Below, in pieces: positions 43,481 through 53,912 of a stretch of 64,000 bases of DNA. The notes beneath the pieces are model-generated. The model was not told the origin of the DNA. It did not search any database and saw only the letters and a program-made list of their open reading frames with translations. The stretch comes from Tetramitus jugosus (Eukaryota > Protista > Heterolobosea): NCBI GenBank assembly GCA_937625935.1, contig OW569390.1, positions 62,001 through 126,000 on the forward strand. The letters are read 5' to 3'. Made by a program: the position numbers and the translations under genes. Each line of letters opens with the position of its first letter. Position 1 is the first letter of the stretch.

Positions 43481-45070
43481 TTAAAATACAGGAATCCTCT
43501 CTCTCTTCTTAGACACGGTCATTCTTCCAGTTTCCTCATCGTAACGAGTGACAAATTCTGCAAAATAAAACCATGAAAAAGATGCGTTCATAAACATGGG
43601 GCACCAACCATTTTCGTCTGTTACCCAGTCACACACACTTCCTATTTTGTGAGTTGGTTTCATGAATGTATAAAACACAAACGGAATAAAGCCGTCTTGA
43701 ATGTTTGGAGAAAGAGCAGCAACACGGTCAAGTACATCTCTACCTGTTACATTGTACAGTTCATCTTCGTCCACATCTGTGACATTGGTGTTATTAAGTT
43801 TCAGCTCTTCCTCACTAGGGATGCTGTCTTCGTCTGGATACAATTCATTCTCTCGACCAGTGAGAACAGCGTAACAAAATTGAGACAGTGGAATCAATTT
43901 GTGATCATCATTGAGTCCAATCTTGACCATATCGCGTAACACAGCTGGAACATAGTCATTCACTGTGAGAAGACTGAGAATGAGAGCTAATTTGTGTACT
44001 TGCGTGGCTCCAGAGAAAGAAGCTAATTTGTAAAAGACTCTCTCATCGAATAATACAGAAACACCACGCTCATCGCTCTCTTCTTCATCCTCATCTTCTT
44101 CACCATCAGTGGCTCCCTTCTGTTTTTTCTCTCCCGGTTTAATTGGGACTACTGTTAAGAGGGAAGGAATCATGCCATACAAGGATGCATATGCTTTCAT
44201 GCTGAGAGATAGAAACGATGGTATAGGTGTTTGATTCGTTAGCTTGGCATTGTCAGTGGGTTTGCCCTCTTCCTCTTTCCTTTTCTCACCTTGATCTTCC
44301 TTCACCTCTTCTTTGTCACCTGTTTGTTTCTCCTCTGCACCAACTTTGGAATGGATTGATCTCTTTCCTGTCACTTCTTCTGTCGCTTCTTCAAGTGCAT
44401 CAAGATCATCAAGCTCTTCATCGACTTCTCCATCTTCGTCTTCATCATCTTCGTTCTCCTCGTCATCGCTCGTCTCATTGACCTCTTCTTCCTTTTCTTT
44501 TTCATCCACTCCTTCTGCTTGCTCTTCCTCTTCCTCCTCCTCCTCTTCTTCATTATCTCGTTCATCGTCATCGGACTCTATCACAGGTTCATCCTCCACT
44601 TGAACAATTTTGCCCTCACCCAACGCACCATAAAAATCTCTTGCCAAAAACTGGTCCCACATGTAATCCGAAGTCATAATCACATGGTCCCAATGCTTGT
44701 TGGTCAATCTGAGTTGCAACACCTTGGGACACGACAAAAAACAAAAGACATGAGCCAAGGAATCACCATCCAATCCATCATCTCCAACAACAACGACACC
44801 TGAATCAGAAGCACAAAGTCTTCGTCTCTTGGCATCTGGTTCACCACTACCAGAAGCAACCTCACCATCATTTTCATCATCACGCACATTCTCCAACCTT
44901 AGTTGCTCATTTCTCGTCTCAAGATACTCCTCGTGTTCCAGCTTGTACCTTGCTTTTTCTTTCTTGGACAATTTTACCCATTCGTACTCCAGATCATCCA
45001 AACGCTTCCCATGAATGAGCAAAAAGTAATCATAGGGTGTTTTGGGACACTCAAAACGAGATTTGAACAT
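43481..45070 (-). CDS. HMG-box-like plus F-box protein with a long acidic tract
   Basis: HMG-like PKTPYDYFL...EWVKLSKKEKARY...HEEYL. F-box LDGDSLAHVFCFLSCPKVLQLRLTNKHWDHVI...MW. Glu/Asp-rich middle region. Confidence 0.65.
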   Translation of the reverse strand: MFKSRFECPKTPYDYFLLIHGKRLDDLEYEWVKLSKKEKARYKLEHEEYLETRNEQLRLENVRDDENDGEVASGSGEPDAKRRRLCASDSGVVVVGDDGLDGDSLAHVFCFLSCPKVLQLRLTNKHWDHVIMTSDYMWDQFLARDFYGALGEGKIVQVEDEPVIESDDDERDNEEEEEEEEEEQAEGVDEKEKEEEVNETSDDEENEDDEDEDGEVDEELDDLDALEEATEEVTGKRSIHSKVGAEEKQTGDKEEVKEDQGEKRKEEEGKPTDNAKLTNQTPIPSFLSLSMKAYASLYGMIPSLLTVVPIKPGEKKQKGATDGEEDEDEEESDERGVSVLFDERVFYKLASFSGATQVHKLALILSLLTVNDYVPAVLRDMVKIGLNDDHKLIPLSQFCYAVLTGRENELYPDEDSIPSEEELKLNNTNVTDVDEDELYNVTGRDVLDRVAALSPNIQDGFIPFVFYTFMKPTHKIGSVCDWVTDENGWCPMFMNASFSWFYFAEFVTRYDEETGRMTVSKKRERIPVF

Positions 45071-45376
45071 GGTAATAGTCTTTTTGTTTCTTTTATGCTG
45101 TTTTTTCCAATTTTTGCTTGCCTCTCTCGTATGGATTTTGTGAACTAAAATTTGCGAAATCCCCTGAACCACAATGAATATGGTTGGATTTCAATGAGCT
45201 TTTTGCCACAAAAGGGAACGACCAAAGCACGACAATTTATTGCCAAGCAGAAAAACAAAAGTCCTTCAACCAAAATACTTCATTTCGCAGTTCAGCCTGT
45301 TTAAAACAGGTGTGTGGTTAGGAGCCAAAAGCCTGGCATCCGCCACATCGATCAAATTAACAGAAGTCTTATCCCA

Positions 45377-45730
45377 ATGATTCCACTATTCCCGTCTGTG
45401 GTTAATCATTTTATGTTGTTGAAACTTTTTCTAGTAATGATTTGTTGTATTATTGCACCAGTTTTATTAGCTTTGTATTGCGAACAACTACGACATGACC
45501 TCTTCTGGTTCGTCCTTGTTGGTTGTATTTACCTATTTAGAATCTACTACAGCACCTACAACACCCAAAAAGAGGAAGAAACCAAAAAACGGGAGGGACG
45601 CGATGGTCAATATGACTGCAATCTTGGAGTAGGTTCTTGCCCTCTCAGATGGGCTATTCCTGTAAATGAAATAGATGATGATCCACAGGATGATACCTCC
45701 GACGAGAAGCTCAAAATCAACAAGAGTTGA
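45377..45730 (+). CDS. Possible small two-TM orphan protein
   Basis: ORF with two hydrophobic segments and a charged tail. No homology recognised. Confidence 0.3.
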   Translation: MIPLFPSVVNHFMLLKLFLVMICCIIAPVLLALYCEQLRHDLFWFVLVGCIYLFRIYYSTYNTQKEEETKKREGRDGQYDCNLGVGSCPLRWAIPVNEIDDDPQDDTSDEKLKINKS

Positions 45731-46548
45731 GCATTGGTCTCATCCATCCGTGCCCTCTCTGGGTCATAGACAGGAGTTGCACAACCAGAAACCATAGGAG
45801 TCGCGGGAGAGGATTCAACATCAGTTAGTGGGTCAATGTCCTCCACAGCAGCTGGTGTTCCTGTGCCATCATCAAAAAAATACTGTTGCTGTTGTACATG
45901 GTTGAGGGTAGATTATGTTGTTACTTGTGTTTGTTCAGACGAATAAGATCCACACCGGATAAGATCGAGTTATCCTGTGCCTTCTGTAAAACGGGCTAGG
46001 TTAGTCTTGAGATAGGAGACTACCCGAGAACCCTCAGTAATGTAGCCAGATGGTGTTGGTCCTCGGCACAGCCTACCCCACCAGAAAGAATAATGTAGTA
46101 AAAGCTTTTTCCACACAGACCAACAAGGGTTCTGTTGACAAGCTCGGAGCAGTGTTACTCAGAGCACCGCCGATGGGAAGATTTGGAGAACACACTTGTG
46201 GTCAACAAGTACAACGGCATTACCCATACTGACAGCAATCGACTTGACGTTGTGAACAAAACAGAAGTCTACGGCATCATCACCATGTTGGCCTCTATTG
46301 GTGCTTGAGCAGTAAAACACTTTTCACGAACAACACATGACAACTTTATGTTTCTGGTGCGATTCTTCAATGAGCTCTTGCTGTATTGCCATCTGCCACA
46401 AGATGACCTGTGGTGCCGTTCATCTCTGTTACGAAGAGACTACACAATGTCAGGTTCTTCTGAAATGTAAACACCGATAAGCAGAAAAGTTGTATTTAAT
46501 AATTTTTTAAAATTTGCTACCAACACACGCCTCCAGCTCTTCTTCGTC

Positions 46549-46866
46549 TTAAGAAAAGGTGGTGATCAGATTGTCAATTCTTGCCAACAAAGGAGCATCA
46601 ACATTTTGATCACTGAACAGCTTCAGCAAGGTCAGCAAAGCCAAAATCTCTGGGATGTTTCGTAGAATTTGGCAATTATCTTCCTTAGCTTCAATTTCCA
46701 TAGCATCAACAACAGCAAGGACAGAAATACGAGCAACCCTCAGGGTCGGCTTACCATAGCCTCTCTCTTGCCCGCCAAGAATTTGTAGGGAGAGGTCAAT
46801 GGCTGTTTGTCTGCTGTTTGTGTGAGATTTAAAAGCCATTGTTGTAAGATTTAGCTGTAATGACAT
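46549..46866 (-). CDS. Small helical orphan protein
   Basis: ATG ORF with a CA-rich leader and an AT-rich 3' region. Amphipathic composition. Confidence 0.4.
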   Translation of the reverse strand: MSLQLNLTTMAFKSHTNSRQTAIDLSLQILGGQERGYGKPTLRVARISVLAVVDAMEIEAKEDNCQILRNIPEILALLTLLKLFSDQNVDAPLLARIDNLITTFS

Positions 46867-47943
46867 TGTGTTAGGTATTGGTTAGTATGTATGTGTACAG
46901 TCGTGTGTTGTTGTTTTTTCGATTTCAGCAACAATGGTTCTGTATTTCAATGGAGAACCTGCAGTCGGGTTCCGACATCCTGTGCAGGAACTCCGAAAAT
47001 ACATGCCACGTCTGACAGAACTTTACAACAACAAATTCCGGAAATGTTTGTTCAACGTAATTGGTCACCCCATTACACCGCTCCTCACCAATCACTTAAC
47101 TTCTCTATTCGAAATGGGAAGAGGTGGTTCCACCATCTCTGAATAATGGATTAAAGGTAACTTCAAATAGTTATCTGTTTTTTGAACGATCTCAAATTAT
47201 TGTTCCAAGGATTGGAAAGATGGCATTTGAGTAACAACTTCCGGCCCGAATGAATCGTTTCATCAACTGTTGATTTTCTTATGTCAATCAGGCGACGAAC
47301 AAAAGATTTGAAACTTCTATTGATTTTGAATAAGAAACCCGTCAGTATGACCAGGAAGCCCCCAAGCAAGCAGCCAAAGCCACCAGTTTGTAGCGATCAT
47401 CAACATACGAGGATGAAGAAGCACAAGGCTAGCATAGCATCCAGTACAAAATTCACGCTCAGGCAAACGGTCTACACATCCTCATCCGGGAGATCACGTT
47501 CCGTGATTTTATAGGGTGTTTAAGTACGACTTCAGAAATAATCCTGACGAAGTACAGTCATGTTTCGAACAATAGTTGTCGCTCCATTGCCCTGTGCATT
47601 TATGCTCTCAATTCCACAACACTTCTTGTGTGTCAATGTGGTTGAGCATTGCACAAAAGTTTTGAAGGGTGAGTCGAATATTCCACTACATTAACGGGGT
47701 ATTATTTTCCGAATCGATATGGTATCTTTGGCTGGAAACATCAATCTTGCCTAAAGATTCTCATACTCGGACAGGCACGCAATGCAAGCTTCCAAAGTAT
47801 TGTTCTATTCTCGAGGTCTCACCGAGATCTTTTTTTCTTGGACAGTCACAATATTCAACAACGAACATTTCGTGTTTAAGAAAAAGCAGTCACACCATCA
47901 CGAACTCTCACACCAGATAGACACAAAAAACAACAAGGTCATC

Positions 47944-49533
47944 ATGGACAACACTGCTATTTCCCCCTCTGCCCCCTCATCGGTCAATCTCGCGCCTCCT
48001 GTTCTTTCTCCCGCTGTTGATAACTCCGCTCACTACTACAGCTTGAGTCCCACTGCCGCGTACGAAGAAGTTGATCCGTTGAAAAACGATGACTATGTAA
48101 ACTATCATAGCATCGAACATGGTGCTCAACAAGAAGGAATTTACCCAAGTGTTTTTCACGAAAGTGAAAATGATCTTCAAGTGAATCCCAATGCCACCAA
48201 CGGCATCAACAACAGCGATGACAGAGAACAGCTGTTACAAGGAGAAGGTGTTGCTTCCTCTCAACAACACAATTTTAAAGCTATGCACAAAGCTTTTCCT
48301 TCACTGGGTCGAAACAAGAAAACTTTGGCGATTGTGATCGCTTTAGCTCTGGGCATTGTCTTGTTCTCTCTGTGCATTGCCGTTCCACTCATAGCTATTT
48401 TAGCTTCTAGAGCTAGGAGACCACATCCCATGGTCTGTCCTCACTTTGCACCAAGAACAACAAGATTGGAGTATTCGTTGCTCAATGGTAGAGAACCAAC
48501 CAACAATGGTGAAGCTGCTTCTCCCTCCACAATCTCTTCTCTCATCATTTCTGGTGAAGGAGATGTGAGAATTGTACAGGGAACTTCTCCTTCATCCATT
48601 CAAGTTGTTTCTCAATCTATTGATTACACAAGAGGTGCTCCATTGGTTCACACGACTCTGCGTGCTGATCCCAATAATCCGTATGTTCTCATGTTGAACA
48701 CGGAGATTGGTCTTAAGCGTCGTCATCGTGGAAGAAATCATGGAGGTCCAAAACCGCCTCTTCCCATCGATGTTTCCTGTGCGAAATCACAATCTCATGT
48801 CGTTTATCTTCCATCGTCACTCACATTGTCTGAAAATATTCATCTTGTGTTTGATAGTAACTCTGTGATTGATATCTCACGAAATGTCAAATTGGCCTCT
48901 ATTACGATCCGCTCCACTGGTGATCCAAAGGACCCAAAAGAACCAAGAGACAAGAAGAAGCAAAAGAAGAAGATTGAACTGAGCAAATTGAGCATTTCAA
49001 ATGGTGATTTGCGAATTGACTCCAACGGTCATTCCATTGAGCTCAACGAAGTGAATGTGTTGAACGGTAATCTTGTTCTGAGCACAACTCACTCTGGTAG
49101 CATTCGTATTGAAGATGTTCATGTGAATGGTCGCTCCGAACTTAAAACAGTTCAAGGTGATATCTCTGTGGAAGATTTGGTGTCCACACAAGGCTCATCA
49201 CTGAACAGTGCTTCAGGAAATCAAAAATTGGAGTTGGAAGCAACTTTACCAGTGGGAGCAAAGACTGACATGAGATCTGATTCTGGATCATTGTCTGCAT
49301 CTCTCTTTCGTTACGTTGGAAGATTTGAAGCAAGTTCCACAAACGGAGAGGTTCAATTGAAGTCAAAGGGAGATCATCCCTATGTCATTGTTCGTCAAGT
49401 GGATACACCTCATCTAGTATCTGGATTCATTCGATCTAATAACCCACAAGCACTATCTTCACAAGAGGATTCTATGGTATCTCTCGTGTCAAGATTAGGA
49501 AAGGTGAAACTCAAGGTGAGATCAGACGATTAA
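47944..49533 (+). CDS. Type II membrane protein with an adhesin-like (DUF4097-type) beta-repeat ectodomain
   Basis: One TM (LAIVIALALGIVLFSLCIAVPLIAIL). Repeated units L.I.S..G.I.L..V, e.g. STTHSGSIRIEDV, KTVQGDISVEDL, SSTNGEVQL. Confidence 0.65.
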   Translation: MDNTAISPSAPSSVNLAPPVLSPAVDNSAHYYSLSPTAAYEEVDPLKNDDYVNYHSIEHGAQQEGIYPSVFHESENDLQVNPNATNGINNSDDREQLLQGEGVASSQQHNFKAMHKAFPSLGRNKKTLAIVIALALGIVLFSLCIAVPLIAILASRARRPHPMVCPHFAPRTTRLEYSLLNGREPTNNGEAASPSTISSLIISGEGDVRIVQGTSPSSIQVVSQSIDYTRGAPLVHTTLRADPNNPYVLMLNTEIGLKRRHRGRNHGGPKPPLPIDVSCAKSQSHVVYLPSSLTLSENIHLVFDSNSVIDISRNVKLASITIRSTGDPKDPKEPRDKKKQKKKIELSKLSISNGDLRIDSNGHSIELNEVNVLNGNLVLSTTHSGSIRIEDVHVNGRSELKTVQGDISVEDLVSTQGSSLNSASGNQKLELEATLPVGAKTDMRSDSGSLSASLFRYVGRFEASSTNGEVQLKSKGDHPYVIVRQVDTPHLVSGFIRSNNPQALSSQEDSMVSLVSRLGKVKLKVRSDD

Positions 49534-49602
49534 CTTTCAGTTATGTAAATTACTTAATTAAACTTAGGAGACAACTTCTATCACTCTTTATTTGCCCAAG
49601 AT

Positions 49603-51290
49603 TTATTCAGACTCAGTCTTCTTTTTTGGAGCTTCTTCAGTAGGCATCTTCACAACCCAGTCTGGAAGAGTGATACCAGTTTGTTCCTTGATTGTTGTCA
49701 ACAGTGGGGGCAAGTTCTTGAAAATATCACCAATAGGATTGGAATTATCGTTGGATCCGTTGTTTGATGTATTCCAAACAGTAATCTTTGGATTCAAACC
49801 ACGGATGGCATCTGCATTCTTCTCTGCCAACTTTGTGTACGTATCACTCTGCACCATAAAGTGTTGGAGAACATTGCTGAAATCTCCACCGCATGATTGA
49901 GTCATTCTTTGGAGACCGAGCGCTTCAGCTTCGTACTTTGCCCTGATAGCCTCCGCCTTCTTCAACTCTTCAAACAGTGTGGCATCAGCTCTCAACTTCA
50001 ATGCCTCTGCCTCGGCAGCAGCTTGAATCTTAATGGCCTCGGCTCTACCCTCAGACATCTTAATCAATGTTTCTGCTTCGACACGTGCCTTGGACATGTC
50101 GCTGGCTCTCAATCTCTCAGTTTCTTGCTCCAAACGCTTCATTTGAACATCCTTTTGCAATTCTTGCTCTCTCAACTCGGCAGACATTTTCGCTTCAATC
50201 TGTGCAATTTGAACTTCCTTCTTCAGGGATGCTTCTCTCTTGGACAACTCTGCCTCAGAGAATCTAATTTGTTGTTTTCTCTCGTTTTCGGTAGTGACGG
50301 CATCAGCTTCGAACACTGCAACTCTCTTTCTGGTTTCAGTCTGCTTGTCCTTCTCTCCAATATCACCAATTCTCTTGGCCTCTGCGACATCGACCTTTGT
50401 TTGACAAAATTACATGTCAGTTAGTTGTTGTTCGTTGTTGAATACATGTAGAATTATCACAAATAGTGAATTTTCTTACCTTAGCTTGATTGACTGCATT
50501 TTCAACTGTTCTCTGTCTCAGAATACTAAAGTACTTGTTCTCTTGAGTATCCTGCAACTCCTTAATATTAGCATTAAGAATCTTGAGACCAAACGGTTTC
50601 AAATCCTCAGCAATATGCACCGCAATCTCAGTCTTGAACTTTGTACGATCTCTGAAAATCTCTTCCAAGTCCAAATTGGCAGCCAAGGAACGTGCACCAC
50701 CTTCAATCACACCCTCAACAATCTCTCTTCTCTCGTATGAAGCAGCGCCACAGAATCTTTGAGCGTACAACTCGATCGACTCCGATGTGTCAGTGTCCGG
50801 TGCAATTGTAAACACTCCCGGTAACTCAAAGTCCATTTTTCTAGATTTAATGGAAGGCAAATGTAGCAACATGTGTGAGAAGACAAACATATCACCATCG
50901 CTATGCATCATCAGCAAGCAACAAACAAAAACAACTCCTGTACTCCAACAACCCAAGAAAAAAAACATACTCTTTGGACATGGCCTTCAAATCAAAAGTA
51001 TAGTTGATTGGAGTGAGATCCAATCTCTGATAGCTCTGAAATGGGAATAAAAACGTGTTCTTCTTGACCTTGATTCCGTCAATGCCCAAACCAGTCTTTG
51101 CTATAATCTGGTTGGGAGCAGAGACCTTGTACCTGAATGCCATGGCCATCAACAGCAATGCCACACCCGTACCAGTCGTGCCATACTTGATCAACTTTTG
51201 AATCTCCTTGGCAGTCTCAGAGTCCGACTTGTTGTTCTTGTTGTTATCATCCCTGGAAGAATATGGATCACTATATCGATCGTTACCCAT
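49603..51290 (-). CDS. FLOT: Flotillin-like SPFH protein; introns 50841-50970 and 50395-50479
   Basis: Motifs YKVS.P....KTGLGI, P.NYTF.L.AMS.EK..F.LP.VFTI.P, GVIEG..R.L.A..LEEIF, FGL.I.NANIKELQD, EA-rich coils, NA.AIRGL.PKITVW and LPPLL.TI.EQTG..LP. Introns restore the frame. Confidence 0.9.
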
Positions 51291-52222
51291 TTTTCTTGTT
51301 AGTCAGCTTGTTTGTTTTACTACTGAGCAGGGAATTCACACGGGCGAATGGATTAACGGTATTTGTTTCACTAGGGAGAAAAGGCTATTCTTTTGGTTTG
51401 GGGTTGAACTTCTGCAAGTTCCGATTGTTCAGAACGTCACTGTCAACTTCGCGACAAAGGAAAAATTAGCTTAGCTCTTGAGATTCTGTGCCGTGAAGAA
51501 TTCTCAAGTTACAAAAGTGTTTTTGGTTAGTAATCAGGATCGTCGTTGTCGAGAAAGAAAGTTGATTCATTCTACTTTGTTCTTACCAAAGTTGAAAACT
51601 CGAAGTTGCTTGCTCCAGAGGATAGCGAAACAGCACGACTGTAGCGATTCTTAAACTATAGAAAGGAATGGACCAATTTAATGATGGAAATGGATCCATT
51701 TGGACGGAGGGTCAAGTGCAGTTTGACACAGCCAAGTCAAGCTGGCGAGTGACCTTTGTCTGACCGATCGCTGTCATGTGGTTCATTGATGATTGACCCA
51801 TGCACTCATTCTTGACCACTCGTCATAGAATTGAAGAATTGATCATGGTGCATATTTTTTCCGATGTCAATTCGAGCATCAATAGGCCTTGGAGACATCA
51901 ATTTTGCCTCCATTTTGGTCAGTTCACATGAAGTAGAATCCAGAATTTCAACTTTTCTAGGAGATGGTCTCTTCGAAAAATAGACCATGCATATATCGAG
52001 CATGTATTAATAAGAATAATTGTTGTTCAGGGTAGTGTTGGGACTCGAATTAAAAAAATGGTTTTAGTGGTAGTTAATCCTGGTTCGTAGGTATTGAGTT
52101 GACTCCCCTTGTACCTGTATCACTCAGACGTCCGAATTAGATCCACTCCAAAAGACCTTGCATTTTTAAGCAGCATATCTAAAGAGTTGATAGGCAGATA
52201 ACAACCAACAACGAATCAACAT

Positions 52223-53188
52223 ATGAATACTTGTAAGATCATTCTGGCACTATTGTTATGTGCAACTCTAATTGCAGTCTGTATGGCTCAAGGAGGAGCA
52301 CAACCACACTTAGATCGTACCAAGAGGAGTCTATTTAGTGTATCAAGCATCTCTCAAGTTCAAGCCACCACCACAGTGCTCAGCGCTACTCCAACAACAC
52401 CAACCAGCAAAGCAAATTGTTTCCCATTCTTTGTTGGCACTCAAGTCATTATAGCTCAACCAGACACCTGGTTGCCATACTTCTTTGGAATTTACAAAAA
52501 CTTGCCAGCTGCAGAGATCCAAGCAGGAGATAAGATTGTATTTGATATGACCTCCGTTAATGAAGTGGTACAATCATTTGATATTGCTTTAGCTCACACA
52601 CAATCAAATGGAGGAGTGTCACCTGATGTCAATGGCTTCACAGTTATTGCACCAAGTACGAGTCCACCTGTTCCTGGAGATTTCATTCTTGATAATTATG
52701 AACTGTCATTTGTTGTTACCACTCCATTTTCTTTTGCCGGTGGAGGGTTAATGATTCGTTTCTCAGTTGCGACACCATCTGCATTTGCCTCTGACAATGT
52801 TTGTGAATTTGGATTCAATGGTGCTTCGGCCTCTGATCCTTCGAATCTGTTTGTTCGAAGAGTGTATGCTGGAAATGACTTCGGAAAACCGCCAGGTGTC
52901 CAAATTAACCCAGAAGACTTTATTCCAGCTTTTAAGATCATCAGAAGTACTGTGGGTACTTGTACTCAAAGAACCTGTCCATCTGGAAAGAGTTGTTGTA
53001 GATTCGTTCCTCCTTGCAGAACCACACCAATTGAAAAGTGTTTCGGTCCATCCAAATCTTGCATTCCTGACATGTTTAATCCCACTCAAGCATGCTTGTG
53101 CAAGACTGGAGATGAATGTTGTAATCAGGTTTGTTATGATCCAGATAGATTCAGATGCACTTCTTCTGGAAAAGTTGTTAGACTGTGA
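52223..53188 (+). CDS. Secreted protein: beta-rich domain plus one C-terminal Cys-rich module homologous to those of 42585-43163
   Basis: Signal peptide and RTKR site. C-terminal CPSGKSCC...C..D.FNP.QACLC..GDECCNQVCYD...RC.SSGKVV. Confidence 0.75.
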   Translation: MNTCKIILALLLCATLIAVCMAQGGAQPHLDRTKRSLFSVSSISQVQATTTVLSATPTTPTSKANCFPFFVGTQVIIAQPDTWLPYFFGIYKNLPAAEIQAGDKIVFDMTSVNEVVQSFDIALAHTQSNGGVSPDVNGFTVIAPSTSPPVPGDFILDNYELSFVVTTPFSFAGGGLMIRFSVATPSAFASDNVCEFGFNGASASDPSNLFVRRVYAGNDFGKPPGVQINPEDFIPAFKIIRSTVGTCTQRTCPSGKSCCRFVPPCRTTPIEKCFGPSKSCIPDMFNPTQACLCKTGDECCNQVCYDPDRFRCTSSGKVVRL

Positions 53189-53912
53189 GTGAGTGGGTTG
53201 TTACTAGAACTCAAATAAGTTTGAGAACGATTGTACAGGAAGAAAGAACAATATGTGAATGGTTCGAATAGGTGCGGCAATAAAGTTGTTGTTTTACAGA
53301 ACGATTGAGATTCTCAACGAATTATGAGGAGTTGTGTCGATATTCTGAACGCGCCATTCCGACTGTCCAGAACGTCATTGAAATAAGAAAACCAAATTAA
53401 GAGACATCGTGCATCCTTCAACATGGGTAAATTCAAGCAAGATTGTTAATTCTCCATGAAGATGGGATAATCGCTGTTGGTACCAACGGCGAGAGACCAC
53501 ACAAGAAACTGTAATTCATGGCACTTCCTAATCTTCCATTTCACAACTTTCGTGCCTTTTTTTGTCCATGTAAATCACATAATCCATCTGTCTTTTCTTC
53601 CGTCATACCGTAGATGAAGAAAAAAAGAACTTTGGGGTTACCGTATCATTCGGCGGGGAATCATCCGGCAAAATAGATTCCAAAAAGAGAGTCTCTCACT
53701 CCCGCAATAGCCAGATGCGCACGAGAAGGACGCGACATTTCAGCCTCTGAAGGGTCAAAGGCAAAAAAGAAGATATAAAAAAACGGAAGCGACATACCCC
53801 CAACAATCCCAACAATCAACAACCACCCACTACTCACTTACACAGCAACTCTCCGTGAGCTTTGATCTCAACACATTCACAACAACAACAACAAAAATCC
53901 TCCATTATCATT

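Noticed and set aside
46426-46442. 17-bp match (CTGTTACGAAGAGACTA) to the reverse complement of ~63266-63282
   Set aside because: The flanks do not extend the match, and one such hit in 64 kb of AT-rich DNA is compatible with chance.
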